Origin: a virus
Lineage: Duplodnaviria > Caudoviricetes
Strand: one strand, 5' to 3'
Length of the DNA stretch: 64,000 nucleotides
Virus record (IMG/VR): IMGVR_UViG_3300013121_000017
Coordinates: 160,001 to 224,000 of that record
The position numbers and the translations under genes were made by a program. How positions within the stretch are numbered: position 1 is the first letter of the stretch; each line of letters starts with the position of its first letter. Shown one piece after another: positions 27,529 through 37,176 of this stretch. The notes beneath the pieces were generated by a model, which was given only the letters and a program-made list of their open reading frames with translations, made no database searches and was not told where the DNA came from.

Positions 27529-27952
27529 TGTCGTCTATCCTCAACTGACCGAAGACGAGAAGGCGTACTTCCGACAGAACAGCAATCCAATCAATTTCGA
27601 GACGCTGGAGTGCGAAGGCTTTGTCGCAACCGCCGCCAACTGCAAGACGTGTCCGAGAAAGCTGGTCGGTGCAAAGTCAGGGCAGCGACTTGAATTATGT
27701 TCGTGCGCCCATGCCGAAACGAACGCGATCACGAACTCAGGACAGGATCTGAAGGACTGCGTGATGTTTTGCTGGTGCGGCGTGCCGTGCTACGAATGCA
27801 CCAAGCTCATCATCAATTCTGGAATCAAGACTGTCTACGTCATTAACTGGGGAGCCGACTACAGCACGGGTAGTCGCTGGCTCTTCAAGAAGGCTGGCGT
27901 GACGATACACGAACACCTGCCTGCCTACTACCTCGAAGGAGAGGCCGCATGA
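27332..27952 (+). CDS. dCMP deaminase
   Basis: GTGYNGPP, HAETNAI, PCYEC. Confidence 0.9.
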   Translation: MTQIKEHHVKKYMRLAKQVGEDNNPCYSRHIGVVIVNPAHHRIVGTGYNGPPRDTPHCDDAEYLRDVVYPQLTEDEKAYFRQNSNPINFETLECEGFVATAANCKTCPRKLVGAKSGQRLELCSCAHAETNAITNSGQDLKDCVMFCWCGVPCYECTKLIINSGIKTVYVINWGADYSTGSRWLFKKAGVTIHEHLPAYYLEGEAA

Positions 27953-28185
27953 TCGTGCTTCACGAAGACGACACCCAGATTCTCCGTTGGAATGGCCGCA
28001 GTGTTCAGCTTGAGAACAAGAAAACTGGGGTCGTCGGCGTGATGGAGATTGATGGCCCCACGGTCATTTTCGGCAGTCTGAGCCGGATGGAGTTGCTCCA
28101 CATCCAGGGAAATGTGGTTGTTAGCTGCTTTGCCGATGAACCTGCGGGAAATGACGACGAAGAATACGAAGATGAGGACGTGTGA
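27949..28185 (+). CDS. Small hypothetical protein
   Basis: ATGA overlap, GGAG RBS. Confidence 0.55.
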   Translation: MIVLHEDDTQILRWNGRSVQLENKKTGVVGVMEIDGPTVIFGSLSRMELLHIQGNVVVSCFADEPAGNDDEEYEDEDV

Positions 28186-28196
28186 GAATAGATAGA

Positions 28197-28376
28197 GTAC
28201 CTGTCTTCGTGCGAGCTACCAACTGTTCACCCCGTTCGTGAAAGCGGGAGAGATCAGATGCCGCACCGGAATTAGGCCGTCACGACCTTGTTGGCGCGTT
28301 GCCATCCAGGGGCCGAATGCCAATAGTCTGAAAAAGACGAGTAAGGGGTGCAGAGTGCTGCACCCCTTACTTTTTT
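28197..28376 (+). ncRNA. Candidate ~180-nt small RNA
   Basis: TAGATA at 28189, internal hairpins, strong terminator. Confidence 0.45.
28340..28376 (+). terminator. Intrinsic terminator
   Basis: AGTAAGGGGTGCAG-AGTG-CTGCACCCCTTACT plus T run. Confidence 0.85.
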
Positions 28377-28382
28377 ACAGGC

Positions 28383-29003
28383 ATGACCACCGCCGAACTC
28401 AAGTCCCAGATCGAAGACTTTCTCTCGAAGCCGTTCAATGCCAGGGTACTTCTCAACACCGCCCGGCTCATCAACGAGAACGACCGCCGTGCCTCGGCCT
28501 ATACCGATCCCAACTACATTCCCTTCTATTACCATCTCGGCAAGCTGATCAAACCCAAATCCGTGGTCGAGATTGGAGTGCGTCTGGGCCTCACCGGGTC
28601 TGCATTGGCGTGGTCTTGTGGTTCCATCGAGCGGTATTTGGCTTTACAGGAGTCGAACGCGACGGACTATTACTCGATTAGGCTGGCCAGGGCTAACATC
28701 CGCGATCATTTCAAGGGTGAGCTATATACCCACGTCGGATCTGTTGAGGATGACGAGTTTTCGGCTCTGCTGGAGGCTCAGGAGTGGGATCTGGCGATCA
28801 TTAACGACGAGGTCAGTTATGATCGCCACCTGCTCCTCCTTGAAACGGTGTGGGAACGAATTGCGATGGGTGGGTGGCTCGTATGCGACTATGTCGAGAG
28901 TCACCGTCCTGCGAGACGAGCATGGGATGGATTCTGTAAGGCTAGGAACCGGACACCCGAGTTCATCAGCACCAGATACGGCGTATCCATCGTGCAGAAA
29001 TGA
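28383..29003 (+). CDS. Class I SAM-dependent methyltransferase-like protein
   Basis: PKSVVEIGVRLG, WDLAIIN, GGWLVCD. Confidence 0.7.
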   Translation: MTTAELKSQIEDFLSKPFNARVLLNTARLINENDRRASAYTDPNYIPFYYHLGKLIKPKSVVEIGVRLGLTGSALAWSCGSIERYLALQESNATDYYSIRLARANIRDHFKGELYTHVGSVEDDEFSALLEAQEWDLAIINDEVSYDRHLLLLETVWERIAMGGWLVCDYVESHRPARRAWDGFCKARNRTPEFISTRYGVSIVQK

Positions 29004-29009
29004 AAGGGG

Positions 29010-29768
29010 ATGAGACAAATGGGATATGAAATCGTTTTCAGCTACTTCGAGGAGATCGAAGGTAGCGATGGCGAGTACAATCGGGACGAGACGAAGACCA
29101 TGAAGAAGCGGATCGGTGATCCGTATGAAGAGGTCACGCTCGACAGGTGTGCTGGCGCTATCCTGGCACAACTGGCACGTCGCGACATCTGGGTAAAAGA
29201 TGTTGATGTGTACGAGGTGTCAAAGAAGAAGATCGCCTACAAGGCATCCAAAGGGTCCATAATCCTGAAGAACAAGAAATACCGCATGGACGGAAGTGCG
29301 GAGATCATCTCTCAGGAAATTCAAGAAGGCCCAACAACTCCCTCTAATACTGCCGTTGCCCTGGTCCCCGAAGGCGGGCAGCAAATGGTTCCCGCACCTG
29401 CCAGTGGCGGTGGACACCCGCACAATCGTGGTGTTCTCAGACCAATCAAGTGGGTCATGTTCCAGCCGTCCTACAAGCCGGACGACGCGGCAGTCAAGGC
29501 GAAGCTAAAATTACTCAGGTTCACCGTGGACAAGAAGTATCCTGTGTTTGCCGAGCAACTTCAGGCCAATCAAGTTGGGATGGCCTATCGGACCATTGAT
29601 GACTTGGGTCGCGAACAGTTGGTTTCCGACGAGTATTTTGTTCCGGCGGACGCTCAGTTGCTTATGGACAGGGAACTTGGCTTCAGCGAAAGCCCGGACA
29701 AGCGAGATGGTGGCGTCCTCCAGTGGGGCGGGGCCATCCGAGAAGACAACATGCCGAAACTGAGGTGA
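29010..29768 (+). CDS. Hypothetical protein
   Basis: Long ORF in operon. Confidence 0.7.
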   Translation: MRQMGYEIVFSYFEEIEGSDGEYNRDETKTMKKRIGDPYEEVTLDRCAGAILAQLARRDIWVKDVDVYEVSKKKIAYKASKGSIILKNKKYRMDGSAEIISQEIQEGPTTPSNTAVALVPEGGQQMVPAPASGGGHPHNRGVLRPIKWVMFQPSYKPDDAAVKAKLKLLRFTVDKKYPVFAEQLQANQVGMAYRTIDDLGREQLVSDEYFVPADAQLLMDRELGFSESPDKRDGGVLQWGGAIREDNMPKLR

Positions 29769-29772
29769 TTGA

Positions 29773-30234
29773 ATGGCAAGTGAAAAGCAAAAGTTCAAGA
29801 AGCGGAAGGAACGCGAACGGGCCGTAGCCGCCAAGATGTTGCGTCGGCGTGAGGCCATCCGCAAGGCCAAGAAGGAAGAGCAGGCGAAGGAAGCGGCTCT
29901 GGAGAAGGAATACTTCGAGCGGCGCGGCGACCCGACTTTGACGGAAGAGCAACGTAACGACATGTTGGAAAAGCTCACCGGCAAGGCGGTCAAGAAGTTG
30001 ACGCCAGAGGAAGTCGCCCAGCGTGACCAAGTCATCATTGCCCGCCTCAAGGCAAACATCGCCTATCTCGAAGAGCTTGAGAAGCAGTACCTCGCCGAGA
30101 AGGAAGCTCGGGAATCGACCAACAAGATCCTTGAGACTCAAGGGGCTGTTACAATGGAAGAGAAGCTCGAACTGATGAAGAAGATGCAGCAGGACAAGCT
30201 GAAAGACAAACCGCCCGAGATCATCATCCCGTAG
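29773..30234 (+). CDS. Charged coiled-coil protein
   Basis: GAGG RBS; K/E-rich. Confidence 0.7.
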   Translation: MASEKQKFKKRKERERAVAAKMLRRREAIRKAKKEEQAKEAALEKEYFERRGDPTLTEEQRNDMLEKLTGKAVKKLTPEEVAQRDQVIIARLKANIAYLEELEKQYLAEKEARESTNKILETQGAVTMEEKLELMKKMQQDKLKDKPPEIIIP

Positions 30235-30242
30235 GAGGAAGA

Positions 30243-30635
30243 ATGTTTGCTTGGCTAAGAAAGCTGTACTGGAAAGGTGAGATCCCACCGAAGCCGTGTG
30301 AAAAGACCCTCGACTGGCCAGATGAAGAGGAATGGGTCTTCAACTACGAGACGTGGCGTTGGGAGGCTGAGTTGAAGGAAAATCCCTTCAGCGACGGATG
30401 GGAAGAGAGATGGGAAGCGGTTGAAGAAAACGCCCCCGTCAACCTCGATGACATCCCCCACGCCGTTATTGTGGAAGACAAACCTTCACACGTTTGTTGC
30501 GGGGGCCACTGTCATATCGTTCAAGCACCTCCGGTTGTGTCTGTAGTCCAGACGGAGCCGCCGCCGGTCTTGTCTGTCGTGGAAACTGACGTGCCAAAAG
30601 CCCCGAGTCAGGAACCAGTCATCGTTTCGCGCTGA
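30243..30635 (+). CDS. Hypothetical protein
   Basis: AGGAGG RBS. Confidence 0.6.
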   Translation: MFAWLRKLYWKGEIPPKPCEKTLDWPDEEEWVFNYETWRWEAELKENPFSDGWEERWEAVEENAPVNLDDIPHAVIVEDKPSHVCCGGHCHIVQAPPVVSVVQTEPPPVLSVVETDVPKAPSQEPVIVSR

Positions 30636-30659
30636 AACCCCCTTCAAGAGTAGAAAACA

Positions 30660-30695
30660 GGAGCGACCAGAAAAATCTGGTCGCTCCTTCTTTTT
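30660..30695 (+). terminator. Intrinsic terminator
   Basis: GGAGCGACCAGA-AAAA-TCTGGTCGCTCC plus T run. Confidence 0.8.
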
Positions 30696-30776
30696 GGTCT
30701 TTACAAGTCAGGGGTATTGGACGATTATTGTGGTTGTCACGGAGACGTGACGCCCTGTCATGTTTGACGGGGCCAA

Positions 30777-30836
30777 CCGACTACTACCGTCTCCACTACC
30801 GTCTCACTACCGTCACACTACGAAAGGACTACCGTC
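30777..30836 (+). repeat. ACTACCGTC repeats in the SSB leader
   Basis: Copies at 30783, 30795, 30806, 30828; the last lies between the SD and ATG. Confidence 0.85.
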
Positions 30837-31904
30837 ATGGCCAAGATCGAATTCGAGGCATTGGACCTCAACGAGATCGCCAACGAAGCACAGCGGGCCA
30901 ACACCGACCCGCGCCAGAAGAAGGGCAACGCCGACTACTTCTTCATGGAGAAGGATGGCTATGCCATCATTCGCTTCCTCCCCAAGATCAAGGGAACCCG
31001 CTTCTTCCAAGAGACGCGGATACACGCCCTCAACAGCGGCTCCAACAAGCGTCAATTCCACTGCACCCGTGTCCTGACCAAGAAGCCGGACGGCAAGACC
31101 GTCTGGATGCCGCCCCAGGACGGCCCGGACTGCGTCATCTGCAAGTATTACAACCACCTCTGGCAGAAGGGCGACCGCCTCTCTGGCAAGGCGAAGGAAG
31201 ACATGCAGAACGCGGCTCGCAAGCTGCGTCCCTACGAGCGGTACTACTACAACGTCATCGTTCGTGAGTACCTCAACCCCACCACGAAGAAGGTCGAGAA
31301 GAACGCCGGCCCGCTCATCTTCTCCTGCGGCAAGGAACTGCACGCCAAGATCATGACCGCTATGGTCGGCGACACGCAGACCGGCATCAAGAAGCTCGGC
31401 GACATCTCGCACCCGGTCACGGGCCGCGACTTCCGCTACGTCAAGAAGACGGTCACTGGTTCGGGCGGCATGCAGTACGCCAGCTACGACCAGTCCACGT
31501 TCGAGGATGTCTGCCCGCTCGGCTCGGACGACGAGATCCAAGACTGGATGGGCAAGCTCCACAACCTCGCTGGCCTCCGCAAGCTGGCCGACGAAGCGAC
31601 GATGAACCGCGCCCTGAAGGTCCACCTGGGCGTTCTGCCGCCGGAAGACGACGACTTCGACTACAGCCAGTTCGAGGGCGGTTCCGCCGGCAACGGCGGT
31701 GAGTCCGAGTTCGCGGAGATGGACCGCAAGTCCACCTCCACCACCGTGGCAGTGACCGAAGCCCCGCCGGCTGCCAAGAAGCCGCTGGTCAAGCAGGAGA
31801 AGACCGAGAAGCCCGTCTCCGACAAGAAGGAGAAGGGCGCACCGCTCGATCTCGCCGCCGACCCGGAGTTCATGGCGGAACTCGACAAGCTCGACAATGA
31901 ATGA
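30837..31904 (+). CDS. gp32-like single-stranded DNA-binding protein
   Basis: IIRFLP, C..C.IC, RYYYNVIVR, GRDF, YDQS.F, acidic C-terminal tail. Confidence 0.85.
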   Translation: MAKIEFEALDLNEIANEAQRANTDPRQKKGNADYFFMEKDGYAIIRFLPKIKGTRFFQETRIHALNSGSNKRQFHCTRVLTKKPDGKTVWMPPQDGPDCVICKYYNHLWQKGDRLSGKAKEDMQNAARKLRPYERYYYNVIVREYLNPTTKKVEKNAGPLIFSCGKELHAKIMTAMVGDTQTGIKKLGDISHPVTGRDFRYVKKTVTGSGGMQYASYDQSTFEDVCPLGSDDEIQDWMGKLHNLAGLRKLADEATMNRALKVHLGVLPPEDDDFDYSQFEGGSAGNGGESEFAEMDRKSTSTTVAVTEAPPAAKKPLVKQEKTEKPVSDKKEKGAPLDLAADPEFMAELDKLDNE

Positions 31905-32093
31905 TTTCTGGCGGTGCTGTGACCCAAGTGGCGTCGTCTTACTGACCCAGAACTCGATGTCCAGTACCGCCAGTCAATCAGTCGGATGGCGATGATGGCC
32001 GTCTGTTGCGGTGGCATGGTCTTACCCGTCTTGTTCAAGACCTGATACCCACTGCCTGCCACCGTCGAAAGAAAGAAAGCGTGAACGACACCC

Positions 32094-32134
32094 AAGACGG
32101 GTGATCATCCGTGTGATGATCACCCGTCTTTTTT
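32094..32134 (+). terminator. Intrinsic terminator
   Basis: AAGACGGGTGATCATC-CGTGT-GATGATCACCCGTCTTTTTT. Confidence 0.8.
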
Positions 32135-32156
32135 CGTATACACACAAAGGTGGAAC

Positions 32157-33395
32157 ATGGCCAAGAAGAAGAAAGACGCTGACACCCTCGCCAGTCTCTG
32201 TGCGGACATTGCTGCCAACACGGGCGGCGACGTGGTTGACGATCTTGAGAACGTCACCTACTACATCGACACTGGCAGCCTTTCCCTGAACTATTCCTGC
32301 TCTGGTCGCTTCATGGGCGGCGGCATTCCCGGTGGACGGCTCACCGAGATCTACGGCCCGTCCAGTTCTTCCAAGTCCCTCATCGGGTCCAACCTCCTGT
32401 TCGCGACACAGCGGCTGGGCGGCGTGGCCGTGCTGCTGGACGTGGAGAACGCGATCAACAAGGAGTTCATGAAGAAGGCGTCTCACCTCGATCTGAAGAA
32501 GGTGATTCGCTACACCCCGCCGACCCTGGAAAAGTGCTTCCACAAGATGTACACCCTGATCGAAGCCGTCAGGAAGCGGGACAAGAACGTTCCAATCGTC
32601 ATCATCTATGACTCGCTCACGTCGTCGCCGTGCGAACGCGAACTGCGTGAGATCAAGCTGCCGGACAACTACACCGAAGCCGACTTCAAGCGGATCGTGA
32701 AGGCCCACCGGCAACCCGGCGAACACGCCAAGGCGTGCAGCCAGGAACTGAAGAAGCTCAACACCGTGATGGAACAAAACAACGCCACGGTGGTGATCCT
32801 CAACCAGACGCGCGACAAGATCGGCGTCATGTACGGCAACCCAGAGCAGTCCGGGGCCGGCGGCAACTCGCTTCCCTTCTACGCTTCGCTGCGGCTCCGT
32901 CCGCAGACGCAGAAGAAGATCGAGTACACGCTCATCGGCAAGAAGAAGAAGTGCGTCGGCGTGAACGTCAAGTACAAGAACGTCAAGAACCGCACCTACC
33001 GGCCCTTCGTGGAAGTCGAAGGTATTCAACTGACGTTCGAGAAGGGCATCAACCCGATCTCGGGCCTGATGCTCGCTCTGCTCGACGCAGGCCGCATTCA
33101 GGTTGACGGCAAGTGGTATCGCGTCTGTGACGCCTGGAAGCCGGACGGCGAAGAAGTCAAGTTCCAGACCACGCTGGACGCCAACGAAGTGCCGCTGGAC
33201 GTTCTGCTCAAGTGTCCGCAACTGATCGACGCCGACAGCAAGGAGCAGGTTGAGGAGTACCTCGCTCCGTTCATGGAAGCTGTCCGCTACCTCAAGGAAG
33301 ACGGCGTCTCGGAAACCAAGGTTGCCGAAGACGATGACGAAATGGATCTCGAAGAGGAGATCGAGAAGGCTCTGGAAGATGAAGAGGGCAAATGA
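32157..33395 (+). CDS. UvsX/RecA-like recombinase
   Basis: IDTGSLSLN, GGIP.GRLTEIYGPSSSSKS, DVENA, LNQTRDKIG, GGNSLPFYASLR. Confidence 0.92.
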   Translation: MAKKKKDADTLASLCADIAANTGGDVVDDLENVTYYIDTGSLSLNYSCSGRFMGGGIPGGRLTEIYGPSSSSKSLIGSNLLFATQRLGGVAVLLDVENAINKEFMKKASHLDLKKVIRYTPPTLEKCFHKMYTLIEAVRKRDKNVPIVIIYDSLTSSPCERELREIKLPDNYTEADFKRIVKAHRQPGEHAKACSQELKKLNTVMEQNNATVVILNQTRDKIGVMYGNPEQSGAGGNSLPFYASLRLRPQTQKKIEYTLIGKKKKCVGVNVKYKNVKNRTYRPFVEVEGIQLTFEKGINPISGLMLALLDAGRIQVDGKWYRVCDAWKPDGEEVKFQTTLDANEVPLDVLLKCPQLIDADSKEQVEEYLAPFMEAVRYLKEDGVSETKVAEDDDEMDLEEEIEKALEDEEGK

Positions 33396-33676
33396 GCAAG
33401 GCAATCTCGCTGACGGATCTGCTGTCCGAGTTGGCAGCAGATCCTTCGTTGTATGACGAAGAGGATGAGCATCAGGTTTACTGGGGCGATGTAGATGATC
33501 TGCCATGCAGGAATCGGCATTCCTGTGGCTTCTACTCCAGCATGCGGCTGCGTGTAGAGCCGATGTACCATCTCGGCGATGAGGTGGGCTTCGTGTCGGT
33601 CACCACCAAGAATCGAATCTATCGCCCTTACGTCGAAACAGTTGGTGAGCTTCATGATCAGCCGAAGAGAGTATGA
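33392..33676 (+). CDS. Hypothetical protein
   Basis: ATGA overlap. Confidence 0.55.
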   Translation: MSKAISLTDLLSELAADPSLYDEEDEHQVYWGDVDDLPCRNRHSCGFYSSMRLRVEPMYHLGDEVGFVSVTTKNRIYRPYVETVGELHDQPKRV

Positions 33677-33900
33677 AGCGATTGCGGCCCGGTCCAGAGA
33701 GTGGACCGGGCCGAATACTTGGGGTTGGAACGCCGGCTACCGGCTCGGCCTCAAGCAGACTATCGAGTTGCCCGGCTTTGGGTGACCGAGCTACACTCTC
33801 GCACAGTTGCGCGGGTCGCTGACCGAGATGACGGTCATTCAAGCTCTTCGAGACATCTACAACGCCTACTACAAACTCACCGGCGAGTCTTACATCAAGA

Positions 33901-34473
33901 CTACGTCAAGTGAGCGATGGCAAGCGTTTCATCTGTTGGCCCAAGAGGTCCAGACAGGAAGATCCCTGGTTCGTGGGCCGAGAAGCCTTCCATGCCAACC
34001 TGTGCGCCAAAATCCACACACCAGTAGAGGCGACCGTCAGCCGACGCCACTCCAAACCCAGCCTCTTTGTATTGAGACTTCAGAATGTTGGCTCGATGCC
34101 CAGGTGAGTTCATCCACGCCGTCATCACCGCCTGAACTGTCGGCTGACCCATTGCAATGTTTTCGCCGGCAGACCAGAAGTGGTATCCTTCTGCCGTCAG
34201 CCGCTTGTCGAACGTAACGCCGTTCTCGTCATGACTCATCTTCCGGTTTGCCGCCATCCAGTTAGCGTGCTTCTGTGCCGCCGCGTTCAGCTTCGCGTTC
34301 ATTGCCAGGGGCGAGATGTTTCGCGAAGCCCGTTCTTGGTTGTGGGCGTTCAGTAGCTCCTGCTGTTTGTTGACCGGCGGCACGGGTGGGGGCGTGGGCG
34401 GCTTCGGTGGCTCAGGCGGCTTGGGCTTGGGCTTGGGTTTGAATATGTTGATCAACCAGTCGAGAATGCTCAC
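33901..34473 (-). CDS. CAP/SCP domain protein with Pro-rich N-terminus
   Basis: HNQER, AAQKHA, MSH, GENIA, WMNSPGHRANIL; AAGGAG RBS with GTG start. Confidence 0.88.
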   Translation of the reverse strand: MSILDWLINIFKPKPKPKPPEPPKPPTPPPVPPVNKQQELLNAHNQERASRNISPLAMNAKLNAAAQKHANWMAANRKMSHDENGVTFDKRLTAEGYHFWSAGENIAMGQPTVQAVMTAWMNSPGHRANILKSQYKEAGFGVASADGRLYWCVDFGAQVGMEGFSAHEPGIFLSGPLGPTDETLAIAHLT

Positions 34474-35251
34474 GTTGCTCCTTTGCGTGTGGTGAAACCA
34501 GGGTGAATCCGACCACACTCATTCGCAGGTTGTCGCCAGCAGCGGAATCCACTCGATTGACCATGTGGCAAGTACCCGATTTCATCAAGACGAGGCGGTT
34601 CGGTTTTGGGACGATCATGTGGCCGAGGCCGTAGGCGTTGATCCAGGCGTCGATTCGGCTGTGGTCCACTCCTGGGGCCACGTCGTAATCGAGTGTGGGG
34701 ATCAGGCTCTCACGGGGCGTTTCTGCAACCAGAAGCTCACCGCCCCAGTGTGGACTCCAGCGTGGATGGCAATAGTAGGTCAAGGCTCCGGTGTATACGT
34801 CGCCGTCGCCGTGCCAACTTAACCGTGTTCCACATGGGTAGATATAAGACGACAGCGTCATCCGGTTCCAGTCGCGCGGGTTGAGGCCGCACAGTTCCGG
34901 GTGCATCAGGCAGACCTCGGTCATGATCTCGTAGACCTTGTCCAGAGGCGTCTTGGTCGGAAAATTCTCGCTGAAGTATCCCTTGGTCCGCATGCACTCG
35001 CCGTCTGTGGATTTCCAGACACTCTCCCAGCAGTCCTTGTGTGGACTGAAGAACCTTTCCTTGGAAACGAACGCCATCAGGTTGCCAAAGTCATTGGGTG
35101 ACAGCACATCGTCCCAGACTATGAACTTCGAGGTCTTGATGACCTCTCTTAGTCTTTGCGTTGATAGACCCCGTGGCCCACCCTCTGGACGTTCATCCCC
35201 TTGGTCTTCAACTGGCGGCGTATGAATGCGTAGTGGTTGCTGATCGTGCAT
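34412..35251 (-). CDS. 2OG-Fe(II) oxygenase (start uncertain)
   Basis: LSWHGD, WGGEL, KPNRLV, HMVNRV, R.S. Confidence 0.82.
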   Translation of the reverse strand: MHDQQPLRIHTPPVEDQGDERPEGGPRGLSTQRLREVIKTSKFIVWDDVLSPNDFGNLMAFVSKERFFSPHKDCWESVWKSTDGECMRTKGYFSENFPTKTPLDKVYEIMTEVCLMHPELCGLNPRDWNRMTLSSYIYPCGTRLSWHGDGDVYTGALTYYCHPRWSPHWGGELLVAETPRESLIPTLDYDVAPGVDHSRIDAWINAYGLGHMIVPKPNRLVLMKSGTCHMVNRVDSAAGDNLRMSVVGFTLVSPHAKEQREHSRLVDQHIQTQAQAQAA

Positions 35252-35622
35252 GTCCGTAATCCGTGTTTGGAGAAGTGTCGTCTGATGGTCATGAGAGATA
35301 CTGGCTTGCCCTTCATCAGTTGTTCTCGAATGAAGGCCCGGATCTGCCCTGCCAGTTTTTGTTCGTCGCGACGTTTACTGGCTCGTTCAGTGGCCGGCAA
35401 GTGCTTTTTGACGATCTCATACTTGACCTGACCCCTGATGCCATCCCCCTCGCACAGGTTGGTTGCTAATTCATTCATGTCCAACAGATGGACAGGAACT
35501 TCGGTATCGACCGTGTAAAGCCTGCCGCCAAACGTGTTCGCGTACTCGATTAGAAGAGGGTAGTTCTTGCAGGCGGTGAGGAACTCTTTCTTTTCGGGTG
35601 TTCGGACCAAAAGACAACGCAT
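35149..35622 (-). CDS. Hypothetical protein with a C-terminal wHTH-like region
   Basis: GGAGG RBS; VQRVGHGVY wing motif. Confidence 0.6.
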   Translation of the reverse strand: MRCLLVRTPEKKEFLTACKNYPLLIEYANTFGGRLYTVDTEVPVHLLDMNELATNLCEGDGIRGQVKYEIVKKHLPATERASKRRDEQKLAGQIRAFIREQLMKGKPVSLMTIRRHFSKHGLRTCTISNHYAFIRRQLKTKGMNVQRVGHGVYQRKD

Positions 35623-35703
35623 GAAGCCTCCATTGATTTCCTTTGTCATTCTAGTCTCCGCAGGCGGGGTAGAATGCAGTAGTATCTGTGAACTGGAGAT
35701 GAC

Positions 35704-36630
35704 GTGAGATTCGATTATTGTCGCAGGTTTGGCCTAGAGGCTGAAGTCAACGCATTCGACGGGCTGAGTCATCCGGCCCAGGAAGGCGCTTTGCCGGCTG
35801 GAATCCAGGCTGTGGCCAACATTGTGGCCCAGACGCTCAAAACGCGGTGCGAGATTTACAACTGGATCAACGGGCAGAAGGCAACCGACTTCAACCCATT
35901 CTGGGTCGTCAAACCGGATGGCAGTTGCGGGATGGAAGTTTGTTCTCCCGTTAGCAAGGGCTTGCGTGGCATTGATCAGGGGGCCGCTGTTGTGGCAGCC
36001 TTACGGGACAGTCGTCTGGTCAAAGCAGACGGGCGGTGTTCGCTTCACGTTCACACCGAAGTAGCAGACCTGGGAACCGAGCAGATTGCCTCGGTGTTGG
36101 CGCACTGGGTCAAGTGCGAGTATACGATGCTTCTGGCAATGCCCGACCGTCGCAAGAAAAACCGCTACTGTCAACCAATCGGCATGTCAGATTTGCTTCG
36201 CGCCGATCAGTTGTTGCCGCCGGCCATGCTCATCAACCGTCTGGGAGCGTACAAATACTACACCGCAAACGCCTTCCATTACAGCCGAAGCAAGCGACCG
36301 ACCATAGAATTCCGCATCGCCGACGAAGAGGCGTGTCTGAATCCGTACTACTTCAGAAACTGGTGCAAGCTGATCATTCATTTTGTGGAGCTTGCGTCTG
36401 AAATCCCATATCCAAAGGATTACAACCCGAACGATCCCAACTCGGGGTACTTGTGGTTGTTCCCAGAGGACGTGTTGAAGCTGTTGAAGTTTGACAGACG
36501 CGACAAACTTTGCCCGGAACTTCAAGAAACGTGTGACTGGTTCGTGAAGCGGATCAATGACAATAGACACAGTCAGCTTGGCGGCATCTGGGATGACAAG
36601 GTCGTTGATGCCGTGTGGCAGCCTAAATAA
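35704..36630 (+). CDS. Putative amidoligase (COOH-NH2 ligase family)
   Basis: FGLEAE, W.VKPDGS, EVCSP, CSLHVH, TIEFR. Confidence 0.82.
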   Translation: MRFDYCRRFGLEAEVNAFDGLSHPAQEGALPAGIQAVANIVAQTLKTRCEIYNWINGQKATDFNPFWVVKPDGSCGMEVCSPVSKGLRGIDQGAAVVAALRDSRLVKADGRCSLHVHTEVADLGTEQIASVLAHWVKCEYTMLLAMPDRRKKNRYCQPIGMSDLLRADQLLPPAMLINRLGAYKYYTANAFHYSRSKRPTIEFRIADEEACLNPYYFRNWCKLIIHFVELASEIPYPKDYNPNDPNSGYLWLFPEDVLKLLKFDRRDKLCPELQETCDWFVKRINDNRHSQLGGIWDDKVVDAVWQPK

Positions 36631-36643
36631 CGCGGAGGCTAAC

Positions 36644-37111
36644 ATGCTGCTGGTATACAAACAAGAACCACTCGAAAAAATGGTAGCTCAGATGCGTCGG
36701 ATGGGTGAGATGCTCATTCCTCACACCTACCCGATGACGCCCAAGTCTGAAGCTGAGGACATCGCTCCTCTCAAACTGCGTGAGATGATGGTGGACGGCT
36801 ACCAGATCTACGTCCAGTACAACAAGGGAAACTACGGCGAGTATTTCCTTGAGTCGGTTGAGATCATCAACAAGAACGCGCCATTTTTGCCGTTCGTACT
36901 CGTTTGCAAGATAGGAAAAGCTTTCCTTGGTGACAAGCACTTGGCTTACGTTTCTTTCTGGACTGACAACCGTCGCCACTACGTCTGGACTTTAGCCAAG
37001 GATGAGGAAGATCAGCCCATGCCTGGGCCGTACAAGGTGGAAATGGAATCGAACCAGTATGAAGGGCTAGAATACGATGTCTTGCCCAACGGTGGCGTGA
37101 ACTTTCACTAA
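36644..37111 (+). CDS. Hypothetical protein
   Basis: TAAATA and GGAGG upstream. Confidence 0.7.
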   Translation: MLLVYKQEPLEKMVAQMRRMGEMLIPHTYPMTPKSEAEDIAPLKLREMMVDGYQIYVQYNKGNYGEYFLESVEIINKNAPFLPFVLVCKIGKAFLGDKHLAYVSFWTDNRRHYVWTLAKDEEDQPMPGPYKVEMESNQYEGLEYDVLPNGGVNFH

Positions 37112-37176
37112 TTTACTGGGGTACAAACGTGTCCACAGTTGACACCACTAGAATGAAGTACCCGAATGGAGGATAC

